Assembly (NCBI GenBank): GCA_964398865.1
Contig: CAYNOO010000002.1
Coordinates: 3,588 to 67,587 of the forward strand
DNA length: 64,000 bases
DNA from: an uncultured Candidatus Saccharibacteria bacterium
GTDB taxonomy: Bacteria > Patescibacteriota > Minisyncoccia > Phycocordibacterales > Phycocordibacteraceae
Reading direction: 5' to 3'
Below, piece after piece: positions 39,404 through 48,323 of the stretch. Position 1 is the first letter of the stretch, and every line of letters begins with the position of its first letter. Under the pieces are notes generated by a model. That model was given only the letters and a program-made list of their open reading frames with translations, was not told the DNA's origin and ran no database searches. The translations under genes were made by a program, and so were the position numbers.

Positions 39404-39805
39404 ATGGACGGATACATCACTAATATTGAAGACGATACACTCGCCAATGAAAACTTCAGGAAAGTGCTTTATACCGACGAGCGGTTGCAACTGGTTATCA
39501 TGAGCGTTGCGCCAAGCGACGACATAGGCGAAGAGGTGCACGAGGTTGACCAGTTCATCAGAATTGAAAGTGGAGAAGGGAAGTCGGTCTTGAACGGTGA
39601 GACGAGTACTCTTAAGGACGGTTCTGTTGTCGTGATTCCTGCGGGCACGAAACATAACATCGTAAATACTTCTTCTGAAAATCCGTTGAAGCTCTATACG
39701 CTCTACGCACCGCCAAACCACCGGGAGGGTGTCGTGCACAAAACGAAAGCGGAGGCTGAAGCGGACGAAGAGCACTTTCAGACAAAGCCCCGTGAATATG
39801 ATTGA
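39404..39805 (+). CDS. cupin domain protein
   Basis: Cupin_2 motifs (HEVDQFIRIESGEG...VVIPAGTKHNIVN). Confidence 0.7.
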   Translation: MDGYITNIEDDTLANENFRKVLYTDERLQLVIMSVAPSDDIGEEVHEVDQFIRIESGEGKSVLNGETSTLKDGSVVVIPAGTKHNIVNTSSENPLKLYTLYAPPNHREGVVHKTKAEAEADEEHFQTKPREYD

Positions 39806-39811
39806 TATACT

Positions 39812-40564
39812 GTGAATATGGATATTCCTAAAGGAACGAAGGTAATGCTCTTCGTAACAGGAATAATTTTCTGTATCGTTACCACGTTCACTTTTCTCGT
39901 GGGTGGAGCCGTCACGGATCTTGATCCCTCCGAAAACGACGGGACGTCGCCCGGTGTTGTCGTACCTGCAGACGGTCCTATCGTTATCAAAGGAACGATG
40001 TTGTGTCTCCCGCATAAGAATACGAGCGGAACGCAAACGATGGAATGCGCGTATGGTCTGAAAGATGACATGGAACGATATTTTGCGTTAAGCGATTCCG
40101 ATCCTAACTACATGAACATCATCGGTGTTCCTATGAATGTGCAGGTGCAGGTTGAAGGAATTTTTGGAGCTCGCGCTAATTCCAACTATCAGGATATTGG
40201 AATCATTTCAGTAACGAAAATCACAGCAGTCAATACCACTCCCGCAAACGCGAGCGGCATACGAGGCAGAGCACTCTTAGGACCTACGTGCCCTGTGGAG
40301 CGGAATCCTCCAGACCCCGCATGTGCTGATAAGCCCTACCAAACCTCACTCGTCGTTACTACTGCGGATGGTGCGAAAGTCGTTAAAGAATTTTCTACCG
40401 ACGGAGCGGGGTTGTTTTCGATTAGTCTACCCCCGGGGAGTTATGCTATTCGCTCTGGCGCTGCATCAAATATCCGTCCGTATTGTCAAAGCAACGGCAC
40501 AATAGAGGTGAAACAAAGCGCTTTTGCAGACGCCACTATTTCTTGCGATACGGGAATCCGCTAG
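39812..40564 (+). CDS. hypothetical secreted protein with a C-terminal CarboxypepD_reg-like domain
   Basis: N-terminal transmembrane/signal segment. C-terminal TTADGAKVVKEFSTDGAGLFSISLPPGSYAI resembles the carboxypeptidase regulatory-like fold. Confidence 0.4.
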   Translation: MNMDIPKGTKVMLFVTGIIFCIVTTFTFLVGGAVTDLDPSENDGTSPGVVVPADGPIVIKGTMLCLPHKNTSGTQTMECAYGLKDDMERYFALSDSDPNYMNIIGVPMNVQVQVEGIFGARANSNYQDIGIISVTKITAVNTTPANASGIRGRALLGPTCPVERNPPDPACADKPYQTSLVVTTADGAKVVKEFSTDGAGLFSISLPPGSYAIRSGAASNIRPYCQSNGTIEVKQSAFADATISCDTGIR

Positions 40565-40587
40565 TACTTTTCATTTTCAAGATTTGT

Positions 40588-41550
40588 ATGTTCAAAGGAA
40601 AGGCATTCCTCTCCACCCTCATACTGACCGTATTCACTCTGCTCGTAATCCTCGCATATTTTATCGTTCCTAATGGATATGCCGGAGCTCGTTCTGTTCT
40701 AGGGGAAACCGAATCGTTAGCGTCTGTTCTGCCGGGAGTCGTTATAGCACTTACTAATACCGATCGCGTAAAGAACGGCTCGCTGCTGCTTGTTGAGAAC
40801 CCGCTTCTCACAAAAGCTGCGCAGATGAAGGCTGATGATATGCTTGCGCGTCAGTATTATGCGCACGTGACTCCAGAGGGGAATACCCCTCTCTATTTTT
40901 TTGATATGGTTGGATACAAATATCTGAACGCGGGAGAGAATCTTGACCTGACCTACGTGAGTACAGCGGAAGATGTGCATATGGCGTGGATGAACTCACC
41001 TGCACACCGTGCGAATCTCCTTTTGCCACAGTACACCGAGATAGGCGTCGGTGTTGCCGAAGGGAACTATCAAGGATATTCGGTTACCTTTGTGGTAGAA
41101 ATGCTCGCGACACCTTTGCCGCCATCCCCAGTATCCAAGGTTGCCCCAACCTCTCTGCCGTCTGTTTCGACTAACGCGGCAACCCCGCCGGCTCCAGTAA
41201 AGACTACTCCAAAAGCATTCACTCCTGTCATCCCTGTTTCTTCGCCGCCTTCGGTGCAGACATCTCTTGCGACATTCGTTTCTACTTCAACCGAAGCGCT
41301 TCCTCCTATTCTTGATAGAGTAGTGTCTCAAGCTGTTTCGAGTTCACTGCCACTGCCTACCCTCATCATTTCTGCATCGAGCACTGAAAACGCGGTTGAA
41401 CTTCTTGCGGAGTTTAAGCATGCTCGGATTTCCTTCAAGGAATTGGTGCGCTCTTTCTTTCAAAGCGTGGGGGAGACAGCAAGTCATTTTCTTTCAAAAA
41501 TATCGAAATTATTCTCGCGAGGGAGTGAAATAAATATTCTCACGAAATAA
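40588..41550 (+). CDS. CAP/SCP (PR-1-like, YkwD-type) domain protein with a Pro/Ser/Thr-rich C-terminal tail
   Basis: GENL...HMAWMNSPAHRANLLLPQYTEIGVGVA CAP-domain motifs. N-terminal transmembrane segment. Start taken at the internal Met. Confidence 0.7.
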   Translation: MFKGKAFLSTLILTVFTLLVILAYFIVPNGYAGARSVLGETESLASVLPGVVIALTNTDRVKNGSLLLVENPLLTKAAQMKADDMLARQYYAHVTPEGNTPLYFFDMVGYKYLNAGENLDLTYVSTAEDVHMAWMNSPAHRANLLLPQYTEIGVGVAEGNYQGYSVTFVVEMLATPLPPSPVSKVAPTSLPSVSTNAATPPAPVKTTPKAFTPVIPVSSPPSVQTSLATFVSTSTEALPPILDRVVSQAVSSSLPLPTLIISASSTENAVELLAEFKHARISFKELVRSFFQSVGETASHFLSKISKLFSRGSEINILTK

Positions 41551-41717
41551 GGAGACGCTCCATTTCCACAGCCGGTCCTTTCATCGCCCCTTCACGTATC
41601 AAGGCGGATACTGATAGCCGCGGCTGCTTACTCGCAGCTGTTCAGCCTTTATAAATGATAATCGAGCGACTTCTTTTGGCGCTCGCGCTTTAGCAGACAG
41701 AGATAACCTACACGCTT

Positions 41718-42089
41718 ATGATGAAACCTTTCCTTCACTGGCTGCTGTCAGCCATCGTGATTGGCGTTGCTGCGTTCTTGGTGCCAGGTGTCGAAGTGAC
41801 AATCCTAGGCGCACTTCTCGCGGCTGTCGTCCTTGCGCTTCTCTCAGTGTTTATTAAGCCATTCATTGAGCTTCTCACGTTGCCGGTTAACGTGGTGACG
41901 CTAGGTCTCTTCTCTTTCGTCATCAACGCAGCACTCGTCCTTCTTGCTGCAGCAGTCGTTCCTGGATTTGCCGTTGGCAATTTCTGGTGGGCGCTTCTCT
42001 TCTCGGTCGTACTTTCTCTCCTCAACGTCGTGTTTGGTGTCGGGGTCATGGAATCTGATCGAAAGGTTTTGAGCCCACGACATTCGTGA
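41718..42089 (+). CDS. phage holin family protein (YvlD/DUF360-like, 4 transmembrane segments)
   Basis: Strong resemblance to YvlD-type proteins (AFLVPGVEV...LLSVFIKPFIELLTLPVNVVTLGLFSFVINAALVLLAAAVVPGF). Confidence 0.65.
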   Translation: MMKPFLHWLLSAIVIGVAAFLVPGVEVTILGALLAAVVLALLSVFIKPFIELLTLPVNVVTLGLFSFVINAALVLLAAAVVPGFAVGNFWWALLFSVVLSLLNVVFGVGVMESDRKVLSPRHS

Positions 42090-42093
42090 AGTT

Positions 42094-42125
42094 AAAAAAA
42101 CGGCGCCTGTATGGGCGCCGTTTTT
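42094..42125 (+). terminator. Rho-independent terminator (aaaaaaaCGGCGCCtgtatGGGCGCCGttttt)
   Basis: 7-bp GC stem plus a T5 run, directly after the holin-family gene. Confidence 0.8.
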
Positions 42126-42153
42126 GGTGGAGCGTTTGTTATACTTACATCAG

Positions 42154-42813
42154 ATGAATCAAAAAACTATCATCGGTCTTGTTTCCACAGCGGTGCTTGT
42201 TCTCATTGTCGGAGGGCTGCTGTGGGCGCTAGAGGAGAATGGCGCAGTGCCGTCCACGGGAGAGCCTGTAGCAACCACTACTCCAAACCCGATTACACCG
42301 CTTCCGTATGGTGCGGTCACTCTACGTTTGGGTGAGAAAGCAACATTTCAGGATGTGAGTATACGCCCCGTCTCAATTGAGGAAGATAGTCGATGTCCGC
42401 AAGATGTGCAGTGTATCCAGGCAGGGACAGTTCAGGTAAAAGTTGCAATAGCCGGAAGAGCGGGAACCGATACCCAAATAATCGGTCTTGGAAAATCACT
42501 TGCTACTGAAAACGAAACTATTTCCTTTAATGCTGCACTTCCCGCAAAAATCTCGACTGTGCCCCTCATGCCAGCAGACTACATTCTCACCTTTACCGTG
42601 ACGAAGCGCGCCGCTGTCACTGGGGGCTGTTTCGTTGGCGGCTGTTCCTCGCAGATTTGCAGCGACCAACCTGGCGCTATATCTACGTGCGAATATCGTG
42701 CTGAATATGCTTGTTATAAGAGTGCAGTTTGCGAACGACAGCAAAATGGACAATGCGGCTGGACTGACACCACGACGCTTCGGGCATGCCTGCTTAATCC
42801 TCCATCACTATAA
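42154..42813 (+). CDS. hypothetical secreted Cys-rich protein
   Basis: N-terminal transmembrane segment, about 12 Cys and no recognisable domain. The ORF-track start at 42124 uses a non-ATG codon inside the terminator. Confidence 0.4.
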   Translation: MNQKTIIGLVSTAVLVLIVGGLLWALEENGAVPSTGEPVATTTPNPITPLPYGAVTLRLGEKATFQDVSIRPVSIEEDSRCPQDVQCIQAGTVQVKVAIAGRAGTDTQIIGLGKSLATENETISFNAALPAKISTVPLMPADYILTFTVTKRAAVTGGCFVGGCSSQICSDQPGAISTCEYRAEYACYKSAVCERQQNGQCGWTDTTTLRACLLNPPSL

Positions 42814-42818
42814 AGTTC

Positions 42819-43085
42819 ATGGACATACTTCTCATTAATATCGTCGGCTACACCGCGAGCGTTGTTGGCACCTCGTTGATGTTGCCTCAGATGTATAGGT
42901 CGTTGAAGACAAAAAGCGTCGAAGACCTTTCGTGGGGCATGCTCATACTTTATTTCCTGAACTGTGCTCTGTGGCTTATGTATGGAATCTTAATAGGTGC
43001 GATGCCAGTCATCATCACGAATGCAGTGGCGCTTCTCATAAGTATTATCCAGATTGCTCTGAAGATGCGGTATTCGAAACACTAG
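42819..43085 (+). CDS. SemiSWEET / PQ-loop family sugar transporter
   Basis: 88 aa, 3 transmembrane segments and the PQ motif (LPQMYRSLKTKS). Confidence 0.75.
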   Translation: MDILLINIVGYTASVVGTSLMLPQMYRSLKTKSVEDLSWGMLILYFLNCALWLMYGILIGAMPVIITNAVALLISIIQIALKMRYSKH

Positions 43086-43118
43086 GCATAAAATATTTTT
43101 TGAATTTTTGACGCACGC

Positions 43119-43931
43119 GTGAAATACAAGCTCATAAAAAAAGAAATCGGTCAGACACCACTTCAGGCTCTTGAAGTGTTTCGCGACACGGAGAAATTCT
43201 TGAAAGATGTGCCTCTTACGTATGCAGGCAGGTTGGATCCGATGGCAGAGGGGAAGCTCCTCATTCTCATAGGAGAAGAATGCAAGAAGCGGGAGCACTA
43301 CGATGTACTTGATAAGGAATACGAGTTTGAAATCTTACTTGGCTTTTCTACTGATACGGGAGATATCCTTGGCATTGCAGAAAAGGAATTCGAAGAGGAG
43401 GAAACAGGTTTCAATTCAGAAAAAGACTTCCACGCGCTTGCTCGCGCATTTAAAGGTACACATACCTTGAGATATCCTGCTTTCTCTTCAAAGACAGTTG
43501 GTGGCAAGTCTCTTTTTGAACATGCGCTCGAAGGCACGCTCTCTGGTATAGAGATTCCTACCACTCCCATGCACATATATAGAATGAAGTATGTGGGCAG
43601 AGAGGTTATAGAAAGGGGAAAGCTGATAGAGAATATAGTAAAGAAAATAAATTTACTAAAGGCTCCAGCGGATTCGGGACGAGTAGGGGCTGACTTTAGA
43701 AAGGGAGAGATTCTTTCGCGGTGGGAAACACTTCAAAATCCTGCCCAAAAACAACATACGGTCATTACGTTTCGAGCAATTGTCTCTTCCGGTACCTACG
43801 TTCGCGCTCTCGCACCTTTGATTGCTGAGGCTCTTGGCGCGAAAGGGCTTGCGTACTCTATTAAGCGTACGAAAATAGGTCGATATCAGCCCATAACGCC
43901 GTATTTTGGATTTTGGAAACAAGTCTTTTAA
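43119..43931 (+). CDS. truB: tRNA pseudouridine synthase B-like
   Basis: GRLDPMAEGKLLILIGEECKK matches the TruB catalytic-Asp motif (GxLDPxAxG...GE..K). 270 aa. Confidence 0.6.
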   Translation: MKYKLIKKEIGQTPLQALEVFRDTEKFLKDVPLTYAGRLDPMAEGKLLILIGEECKKREHYDVLDKEYEFEILLGFSTDTGDILGIAEKEFEEEETGFNSEKDFHALARAFKGTHTLRYPAFSSKTVGGKSLFEHALEGTLSGIEIPTTPMHIYRMKYVGREVIERGKLIENIVKKINLLKAPADSGRVGADFRKGEILSRWETLQNPAQKQHTVITFRAIVSSGTYVRALAPLIAEALGAKGLAYSIKRTKIGRYQPITPYFGFWKQVF

Positions 43932-43977
43932 TGCAGTAAAATCGAGGTGCGCTATAGTAGGTAGAGCGTTAAAGGTC

Positions 43978-45078
43978 ATGCAAAAGAAAACTCAAGCAGC
44001 AAAGAAAATAGAAAAAAAGGTATCGCTCCGTGCTGTGGTTGGCATATGCATTGCCTCCTTAGTGCTTTTGTATCTTGTGGGATACATAAACATATTTGAT
44101 ACGACCTATTCCGTTACCGAAGCGGATGCCGAGACTCTTCTCCCTTTGACTCCGCATGTTGTAGCGTTAGATAAGGTGGCATATGACGCGAAGCTTATAA
44201 AGCTCGCCAATTATGCAAGTTCCACTCTGGCTCTGAGAACCGCTTCATCGAGCCCGCTTCTGTGGCCGGTGAAAACCGTGTACCCGAACGCTGGCGCCAT
44301 ACTGCCGTTTAAACGTATCGTCGCTTATTACGGGAATTTCTATTCAAAAGGCATGGGGGTCCTTGGGCAATATCCAGAAGCAGAAATGATTCAAAAACTG
44401 AAAGGGGAAGTAGCCGTATGGAATGCTGCCGACCCGACGACGCCGGTTGTTCCTGCTATCAACTACATTGTCATAACCGCTCAAGGTAGTGCCGGCAAAG
44501 ATGGGAAGTATCGATTACGCATGCCGGACACACAGATTGAGCATGCGCTGGAGCTTGCAAAACAAGTTGATGGAATCGTCATCCTCGATGTGCAGGTGGG
44601 CTTGAGCGACTTGCCCACAGAGCTGCCTATCTATGAAAAGTATTTCAAGATGCCACAGGTACATCTCGGTATTGATCCTGAATTTGCGATGCACAACGGC
44701 ACGCGCCCCGGCAGAGTCATTGGTTCGTTTGATGCTGTGGACATAAATTATGCCGCCAACTATCTTGCGAAGATTGTTAAGGAAAATAATCTTCCTCCTA
44801 AGATTCTTGTGGTACATCGCTTCACCGAGGATATGGTGACGCGTTATAAAAAAATTACGCCGCTTCCGGAAGTACAGATAGTCATGGATATGGACGGGTG
44901 GGGATTTGCAGCCAAGAAGATAAACACCTATAACACCGTTGTCTATCCGGAACCTGTTCAGTTTACGGGTTTCAAACTCTTCTATAAGAACGACATACTT
45001 CCCCCCTCGACACGAATGCTCACACCTGCAGAAATACTCAAACTAACTCCGCAACCTTCTTTTATTCAATACCAATAA
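43978..45078 (+). CDS. hypothetical membrane-anchored protein
   Basis: N-terminal transmembrane segment. No confident domain, though a TIM-barrel glycoside-hydrolase-like fold is possible. Confidence 0.35.
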   Translation: MQKKTQAAKKIEKKVSLRAVVGICIASLVLLYLVGYINIFDTTYSVTEADAETLLPLTPHVVALDKVAYDAKLIKLANYASSTLALRTASSSPLLWPVKTVYPNAGAILPFKRIVAYYGNFYSKGMGVLGQYPEAEMIQKLKGEVAVWNAADPTTPVVPAINYIVITAQGSAGKDGKYRLRMPDTQIEHALELAKQVDGIVILDVQVGLSDLPTELPIYEKYFKMPQVHLGIDPEFAMHNGTRPGRVIGSFDAVDINYAANYLAKIVKENNLPPKILVVHRFTEDMVTRYKKITPLPEVQIVMDMDGWGFAAKKINTYNTVVYPEPVQFTGFKLFYKNDILPPSTRMLTPAEILKLTPQPSFIQYQ

Positions 45079-45243
45079 CGAGGCTTCAAGAAATAGAAAG
45101 CCAAGGGCTGTGTGTAATAAAGCAAGCAGGTCAGCGTCCTTATCTCCAGGGTTGCCTTAGGGCACCTAGCAGGGTCGCGGTTATGCGCTATTCTGTAATA
45201 AGGTATTTATACGAGCTTTATAAAATTTATATAACTTAGAACT

Positions 45244-45804
45244 ATGACTCAGAAAAATATAATTATCGCAGTCATTGTCCTTGTCATCATAGGCTTGGGT
45301 TTCTGGTATTTCTCTTCAAAGAATGCCGCTCCCACCACGGACACTGATGTGACCGTGGGTGACGAGACTACTGATACGTCAGCCACTGGCGCTACAGCAG
45401 CTACGCCTACGAAAGGTACGGGAACGTTGAAGACTGCGTTTGTGCAGGGAGGCAATTACACCTGTACGCTCGATGCGCTCGCTAGCGACAACGGTAAGAC
45501 TACCGGAACCGTATACGCGTCTGCAGGAAAGACTCGTACGGATTTTCGTGCTCAGACTACTGACGGCACGGTAGCAGAACTTCACATAATTCGCGATGGC
45601 ACCTCGGCATACACGTGGGTATCGGGACAGACGACGGGTACTAAGACCGCTATTACGGCAACGAGTCCGTTTGTTCCTCATCAGCCATCAGGAGCTGGTA
45701 TCGCTATCACCGATGAATCTTCAGTCAATTGGGATTGTCATCCGTGGTTGACCGATAAAGCGCAGTTTGTTCCTCCATCGACTATCACGTTTATCGCTGA
45801 GTAG
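45244..45804 (+). CDS. hypothetical membrane-anchored protein, paralog B of 33375-33893
   Basis: Shared architecture and motifs with the 33375 ORF. Confidence 0.45.
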   Translation: MTQKNIIIAVIVLVIIGLGFWYFSSKNAAPTTDTDVTVGDETTDTSATGATAATPTKGTGTLKTAFVQGGNYTCTLDALASDNGKTTGTVYASAGKTRTDFRAQTTDGTVAELHIIRDGTSAYTWVSGQTTGTKTAITATSPFVPHQPSGAGIAITDESSVNWDCHPWLTDKAQFVPPSTITFIAE

Positions 45805-45824
45805 GAACTCTTTCCTGGCTTGTT

Positions 45825-45853
45825 AAAAAACCTCCCCTAGTGGGAGGTTTTTT
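45825..45853 (+). terminator. Rho-independent terminator (aaaaaaCCTCCCctagtGGGAGGtttttt)
   Basis: GC-rich stem plus a T6 run. Confidence 0.85.
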
Positions 45854-45921
45854 GATGGGTACAGCATGGTACTATTGCAAACCCGTGATTACCCGGTACT
45901 TCGGGATAGTGCGCGATCACA

Positions 45922-46761
45922 ATGTTCACTACCAGCGTTATTGCATTTCGCGAATTCTTTGAAGCCTTCCTCATTGTGGGCATTTTCTTAGGCATCTCCC
46001 GTTCGCTCGGTCTCAAGAAAGAATTTGAGATTCTACTCGCAGCCGGGATGGGCATTCTGGTTTCACTTTTTCTTGCCGTCGGTGCGTATGCCGTGGGGAA
46101 CCACGTCCGTGCTGTCCTCACTGAGGATAATGCAGAATTTCTAGAAAGCCTGCTCTTGATATTCTCCGGCGTTTTCATCGCCTATGTCGTCTTCTCACTC
46201 CACGGCATATTGGGTCGGAGTCATCGTAAGATGATTCGAGACACGGAAGCGCGCTTTAAGGCACAGGCTTTTGATGTCTCGCTCTTTTTTACGATCATGT
46301 TTCTCGTTATGCGCGAAGGTTTCGAGATTGCCATCTTCACTTCGAGCATCGCGCTTTTCACCACGTTCCTACAGAATTTTTTAGGTCTTCTTATTGGTCT
46401 CGTTCTCTCGCTCGGTGTTGGTCTCGCGAGTTTTTTCGCCTATACGGCTTTCGAAGCGCGCAAAGTATTTAGGGCGACGGAATATCTGATAATTCTCCTC
46501 GGGGCATCACTAACTCAAATTGGTATTACGAAGCTCCTTGAGACGCGTTTTGGTCTTGATCTCTCGATCATAGGTGCTATCCATCTTGGCTTCCTTCCCG
46601 ATGGTGAAAGTATCATCGGTCACGCACTTCAGAGCATGCTCGGCATTGATCAGAATTTCAGCTTTGCGAGATTAGCGATAATGATCGTGTACATTGGATT
46701 CATATACCTGTTCTTCCTCAGGCGTAGAGAACCAAAAGCCACGCCTAAGTCAGGGATCTAG
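45922..46761 (+). CDS. FTR1-family iron permease
   Basis: Two REXXE motifs (REFFE, REGFE) within a 7-transmembrane layout. Confidence 0.65.
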   Translation: MFTTSVIAFREFFEAFLIVGIFLGISRSLGLKKEFEILLAAGMGILVSLFLAVGAYAVGNHVRAVLTEDNAEFLESLLLIFSGVFIAYVVFSLHGILGRSHRKMIRDTEARFKAQAFDVSLFFTIMFLVMREGFEIAIFTSSIALFTTFLQNFLGLLIGLVLSLGVGLASFFAYTAFEARKVFRATEYLIILLGASLTQIGITKLLETRFGLDLSIIGAIHLGFLPDGESIIGHALQSMLGIDQNFSFARLAIMIVYIGFIYLFFLRRREPKATPKSGI

Positions 46762-46791
46762 TCTCCGGCATTTCTGGTATTCTGTCCTGGT

Positions 46792-47448
46792 ATGGCAATT
46801 TCTGTTGAGAAGCACGCAGATGCGGAGCTTGAAAAAAGCGGGTCGCTGACGACTGCGCGCATCCAATCTTTAGGCGACAATATATTCGCTTTTGCTATGA
46901 CGCTTCTCGTGCTGAATTTTCTTGTTCCTGAACTCGGCGCAGGAAACCCTCTGGGAATAGAGCTTCAACACCTGGCGCTTAGCATTCTTACTTATGCTAT
47001 GAGCTTCATTGTCTTAGGCATTATGTGGGTCAGCCAGCAGAATCAGTATCATTTCATCGAGCGCACTGACAGGTTTTTCCTTTGGATAAACATCTTCTTC
47101 CTCATGTGCGTCGTATTCATTCCGTTTTCAACACACCTTCTCTCTTTATACTTCACTTCAGCGCTTGCGGTTTTTCTCTACGGGCTCAACCTACTCATTT
47201 GTGGCGCTCTCCTTTATATACACTGGTCATATGCGACTCATGAGCATAGGCTTGTGGCACCGGATTTGAGCGAGAGGATCATCCATCTTGTATCGTTCCG
47301 CTTCTTTTTTATCATTGTTTGGGTCTCTGCCGCAGTTCTCGTTTCTTTCATTTCTATACCCTCTGCGTTCCTTCTCTTCGTACCGGCGATGATTCTCGGA
47401 ATGATGCCTACCGTAATGGATAAGCTTGCTCATCAGTGGCTCGGGTAA
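46792..47448 (+). CDS. TMEM175/DUF1211 family potassium channel-like protein
   Basis: RIQSLGDNIFAFAMTLLVLN matches the RxxxFSDGvFAIaiTLLVL signature. Confidence 0.65.
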   Translation: MAISVEKHADAELEKSGSLTTARIQSLGDNIFAFAMTLLVLNFLVPELGAGNPLGIELQHLALSILTYAMSFIVLGIMWVSQQNQYHFIERTDRFFLWINIFFLMCVVFIPFSTHLLSLYFTSALAVFLYGLNLLICGALLYIHWSYATHEHRLVAPDLSERIIHLVSFRFFFIIVWVSAAVLVSFISIPSAFLLFVPAMILGMMPTVMDKLAHQWLG

Positions 47449-47458
47449 ACTTTTTCCG

Positions 47459-47851
47459 ATGAATACTATTAATAAAGGAATGGTGTTTGGCGTCTTTGAC
47501 GGACTCCACGAGGGGCATCGATTTTTTTTGCAATCGGCTGCGGATCAATGTGAGAAGCTCATGGTTGTCGTTGCAAGGGACGATGCTTCTTCTGCTTTGA
47601 AAGGGAGAACACCGAAGCATGCCCTTGATAAGCGGGTGCAAGCAATACAATCTTTAAATCAGGTATGGACAGTGATTCCCGGAGATAGTACGCAAGGAGA
47701 GTGGAGCGCATTAAAACAGCATCAGCCGGACATGGTGTTCTTGGGACATGATCAGCACGCGGTCGCAGAGGAATTGAAGAAAATGGGAATTCCGTTCTCA
47801 TTTATAGATGCGCACGAACCTGATCAGTACAAATCAAGCTTGCTTCCTTGA
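47459..47851 (+). CDS. RibL-like FAD synthase / cytidylyltransferase-family nucleotidyltransferase
   Basis: GVFDGLHEGH (HxGH) with ...VVVARDD...PDMVFLGHDQ, resembling archaeal-type FMN adenylyltransferase. Confidence 0.55.
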   Translation: MNTINKGMVFGVFDGLHEGHRFFLQSAADQCEKLMVVVARDDASSALKGRTPKHALDKRVQAIQSLNQVWTVIPGDSTQGEWSALKQHQPDMVFLGHDQHAVAEELKKMGIPFSFIDAHEPDQYKSSLLP

Positions 47852-48262
47852 AAAGCCTTCAAATAGAGCAATAAAGGAGGCACAGGCTCAGATTGACGCT
47901 CCATATAAAGAGGAGTAGTATTTTCTCAAACGGCAACAATGCCCTGCAGGGTTTAGATCCCTCCTCGCATATACGGTCGTTTGACCATTTTTAAGCCTGA
48001 AAGGGCTTACTAGTGGTATAGGTCGATGATTATAAACCGTAAAAACATTTAGATTGTATCTAAATTTAAGGAAAAATGTCACAAAGCCCTGAACGCCTCT
48101 TCAGTAGATGCCCCGGATGCTCCCAAGATCTTCCTAGTAATCCTTTTTTGCACCGTTGTAGGCGCGCCAGACCAAACCCTTTAAAGGGAGGTAACGCTCA
48201 CTAGAAATTGAATTAAAGAAGAATAAAAACGCCCAGCCCCGATGGGGGCACCCCTAAAAGAC

Positions 48263-48290
48263 AAACTGCTAAAGGCAGTTTTTTTATTTT
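48263..48290 (+). terminator. orphan Rho-independent terminator (AAACTGCtaaagGCAGTTTttttatttt)
   Basis: Plus-strand terminator with no plus-strand CDS within 400 bp upstream. Confidence 0.6.
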
Positions 48291-48323
48291 CTAAACAGGT
48301 TCTCTGGTTGTTATACTGAATAT

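Noticed and set aside
41718-42089. Prophage call based on the holin-family gene
   Set aside because: YvlD-type holin-family proteins are common chromosomal membrane proteins. There is no capsid, terminase, integrase or endolysin nearby.
47925-47990. tRNA-like T-arm AGGGTTTAGATCCCT
   Set aside because: The surrounding sequence cannot form a 72-nt cloverleaf; at most 57 nt could be paired.
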